Both the position numbers and the translations under genes were made by a program. A stretch of DNA of 20,000 nt from Catajapyx aquilonaris. Taxonomy: Eukaryota. The DNA is taken from positions 58,792 to 78,791 of the forward strand of contig KZ538363.1 in NCBI GenBank assembly GCA_000934665.2, read 5' to 3'. A model generated the notes under the pieces. That model had not been told where the DNA came from. It saw only the letters and a program-made list of their open reading frames with translations, and searched no databases. This document shows, piece by piece, positions 18,996 through 20,000 of this stretch (the first letter of the stretch is position 1; the number at the start of each line of letters is the position of its first letter).

Positions 18996-20000
18996 GCAGT
19001 GCTCGGTAACACACTTGGCGTTTGCAGTGCATTGGTGTGTGAAGCGGGCAGGTCGATACGGTTTGGCTTGTTTGTCTGTTCGATATCATGGAGGCGGTTT
19101 TTATTGGGAGGATTATTATTGGATTAAAATTCTGTTCAAACCGGTTCAAGTAATCTTCAAAATTTTTGCCTTAGATTGCATACCTGGAAAGCGAAGAAAT
19201 GTAATACCAATATAGTACTGCACAAGAATGAATGATTTGAAGAGCTGAAATGCATTATAAAATAATTGCAGTATTCATTATGTAATAATGTGCCAAAAAT
19301 GTCTCTATAGATGGGCTGTAACTGATGTAGCAAAAAAAATACATGATCATCAGGTATAGTGAATTACATGCATATACTTGGCGAACAGAAAGGAACATAA
19401 CACAGTCTGACTATATATACACATGCAGGTTTCCCTATGCAACATATCAAGTAGGCATACGCAGTAAATGAACATTACTTTATAATTAATTTCATCATGA
19501 ATGTAACGTGTATATCAGAGGATCATATGAGATATTTTATGGCATTTTCATACATACTTATGCAAGTGTACGCCGAGGTACTTTATCTGCACAAGCATAT
19601 AGGCAGCATATAAACAACAAAGGAAACATGGTTCCCGGGTAGGTGACGGTTATGGAATACACGCTCGCTGCACACGGTGACTTATTATGGAGTCGGTGCT
19701 TTTATATACACGGCAACTTTAAAATTGAGGGAAACAGGGCTTCAAGCGTGCGCGACAATAAATTGCACTTCTCATCCTAGCATGAAATAATCTCTCACGC
19801 TATAAGGTATTCGCCAATTCTACATTATTGTTTAGTTTAGTTTATAGTTTATTTGTGTACCCAGCTAGGCAGATGCCCATACATGGGGGGCTCCCCCAGA
19901 TCTTCATTTTACAAAAATATTCACTACAGCTTATCCTTGGGTCCCTTTATGTACGGCTTTAAAAAAATGCAAAGTTCATGGTAGCTGCAAAGGGGGGGGG

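Noticed and set aside
19867..20000. Possible start of another MITE (TAGGCAGATGCCC...GGGGGGCTCCCCC)
   Set aside because: The second terminus is not within the window, so it cannot be supported.
1..20000. Scattered 6-8-bp motifs (CACGTG, TGACTCA, TGACGTCA, TGACAG, TGTGGGAA, TTCCAGGAA)
   Set aside because: Counts appear compatible with chance in 20 kb unless clustered; not reported individually.
1..20000. CRISPR array, prokaryotic operon or viral genome
   Set aside because: No regularly spaced repeats, very low coding density, and eukaryotic TE and microsatellite content.

Overview
Eukaryotic, almost certainly animal, non-coding DNA. CpG is not depleted, there are microsatellites and poly-G/C runs, and the TE types fit an invertebrate, probably an arthropod (inference). 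I recognise no protein-coding gene, rRNA, tRNA, known miRNA or CRISPR array; the listed ORFs look like chance ORFs in GC-rich or simple-repeat patches. The window alternates AT-rich spacers with GC-rich motif-dense islands, the pattern expected for a long intron or gene desert of a developmental gene. The spacers carry small non-autonomous transposons: a ~785-bp Tc1/mariner-type foldback element, a 126-bp PIF/Harbinger-type MITE with TAA target duplication, a Tc2-like mini-element and a probable tRNA-derived SINE. The best leads are a candidate 3-nt microexon (17944-17946), a same-strand cluster of Exd/Pbx-Hox composite sites (16.9-17.7 kb), a splice donor buried in a hairpin (805-860), two full 14-bp RFX X-boxes, a Pho/YY1-rich island and a promoter-like module near 18.8-19.0 kb. 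All regulatory calls are motif-level inferences. I found no evidence strong enough to claim a new biological system.
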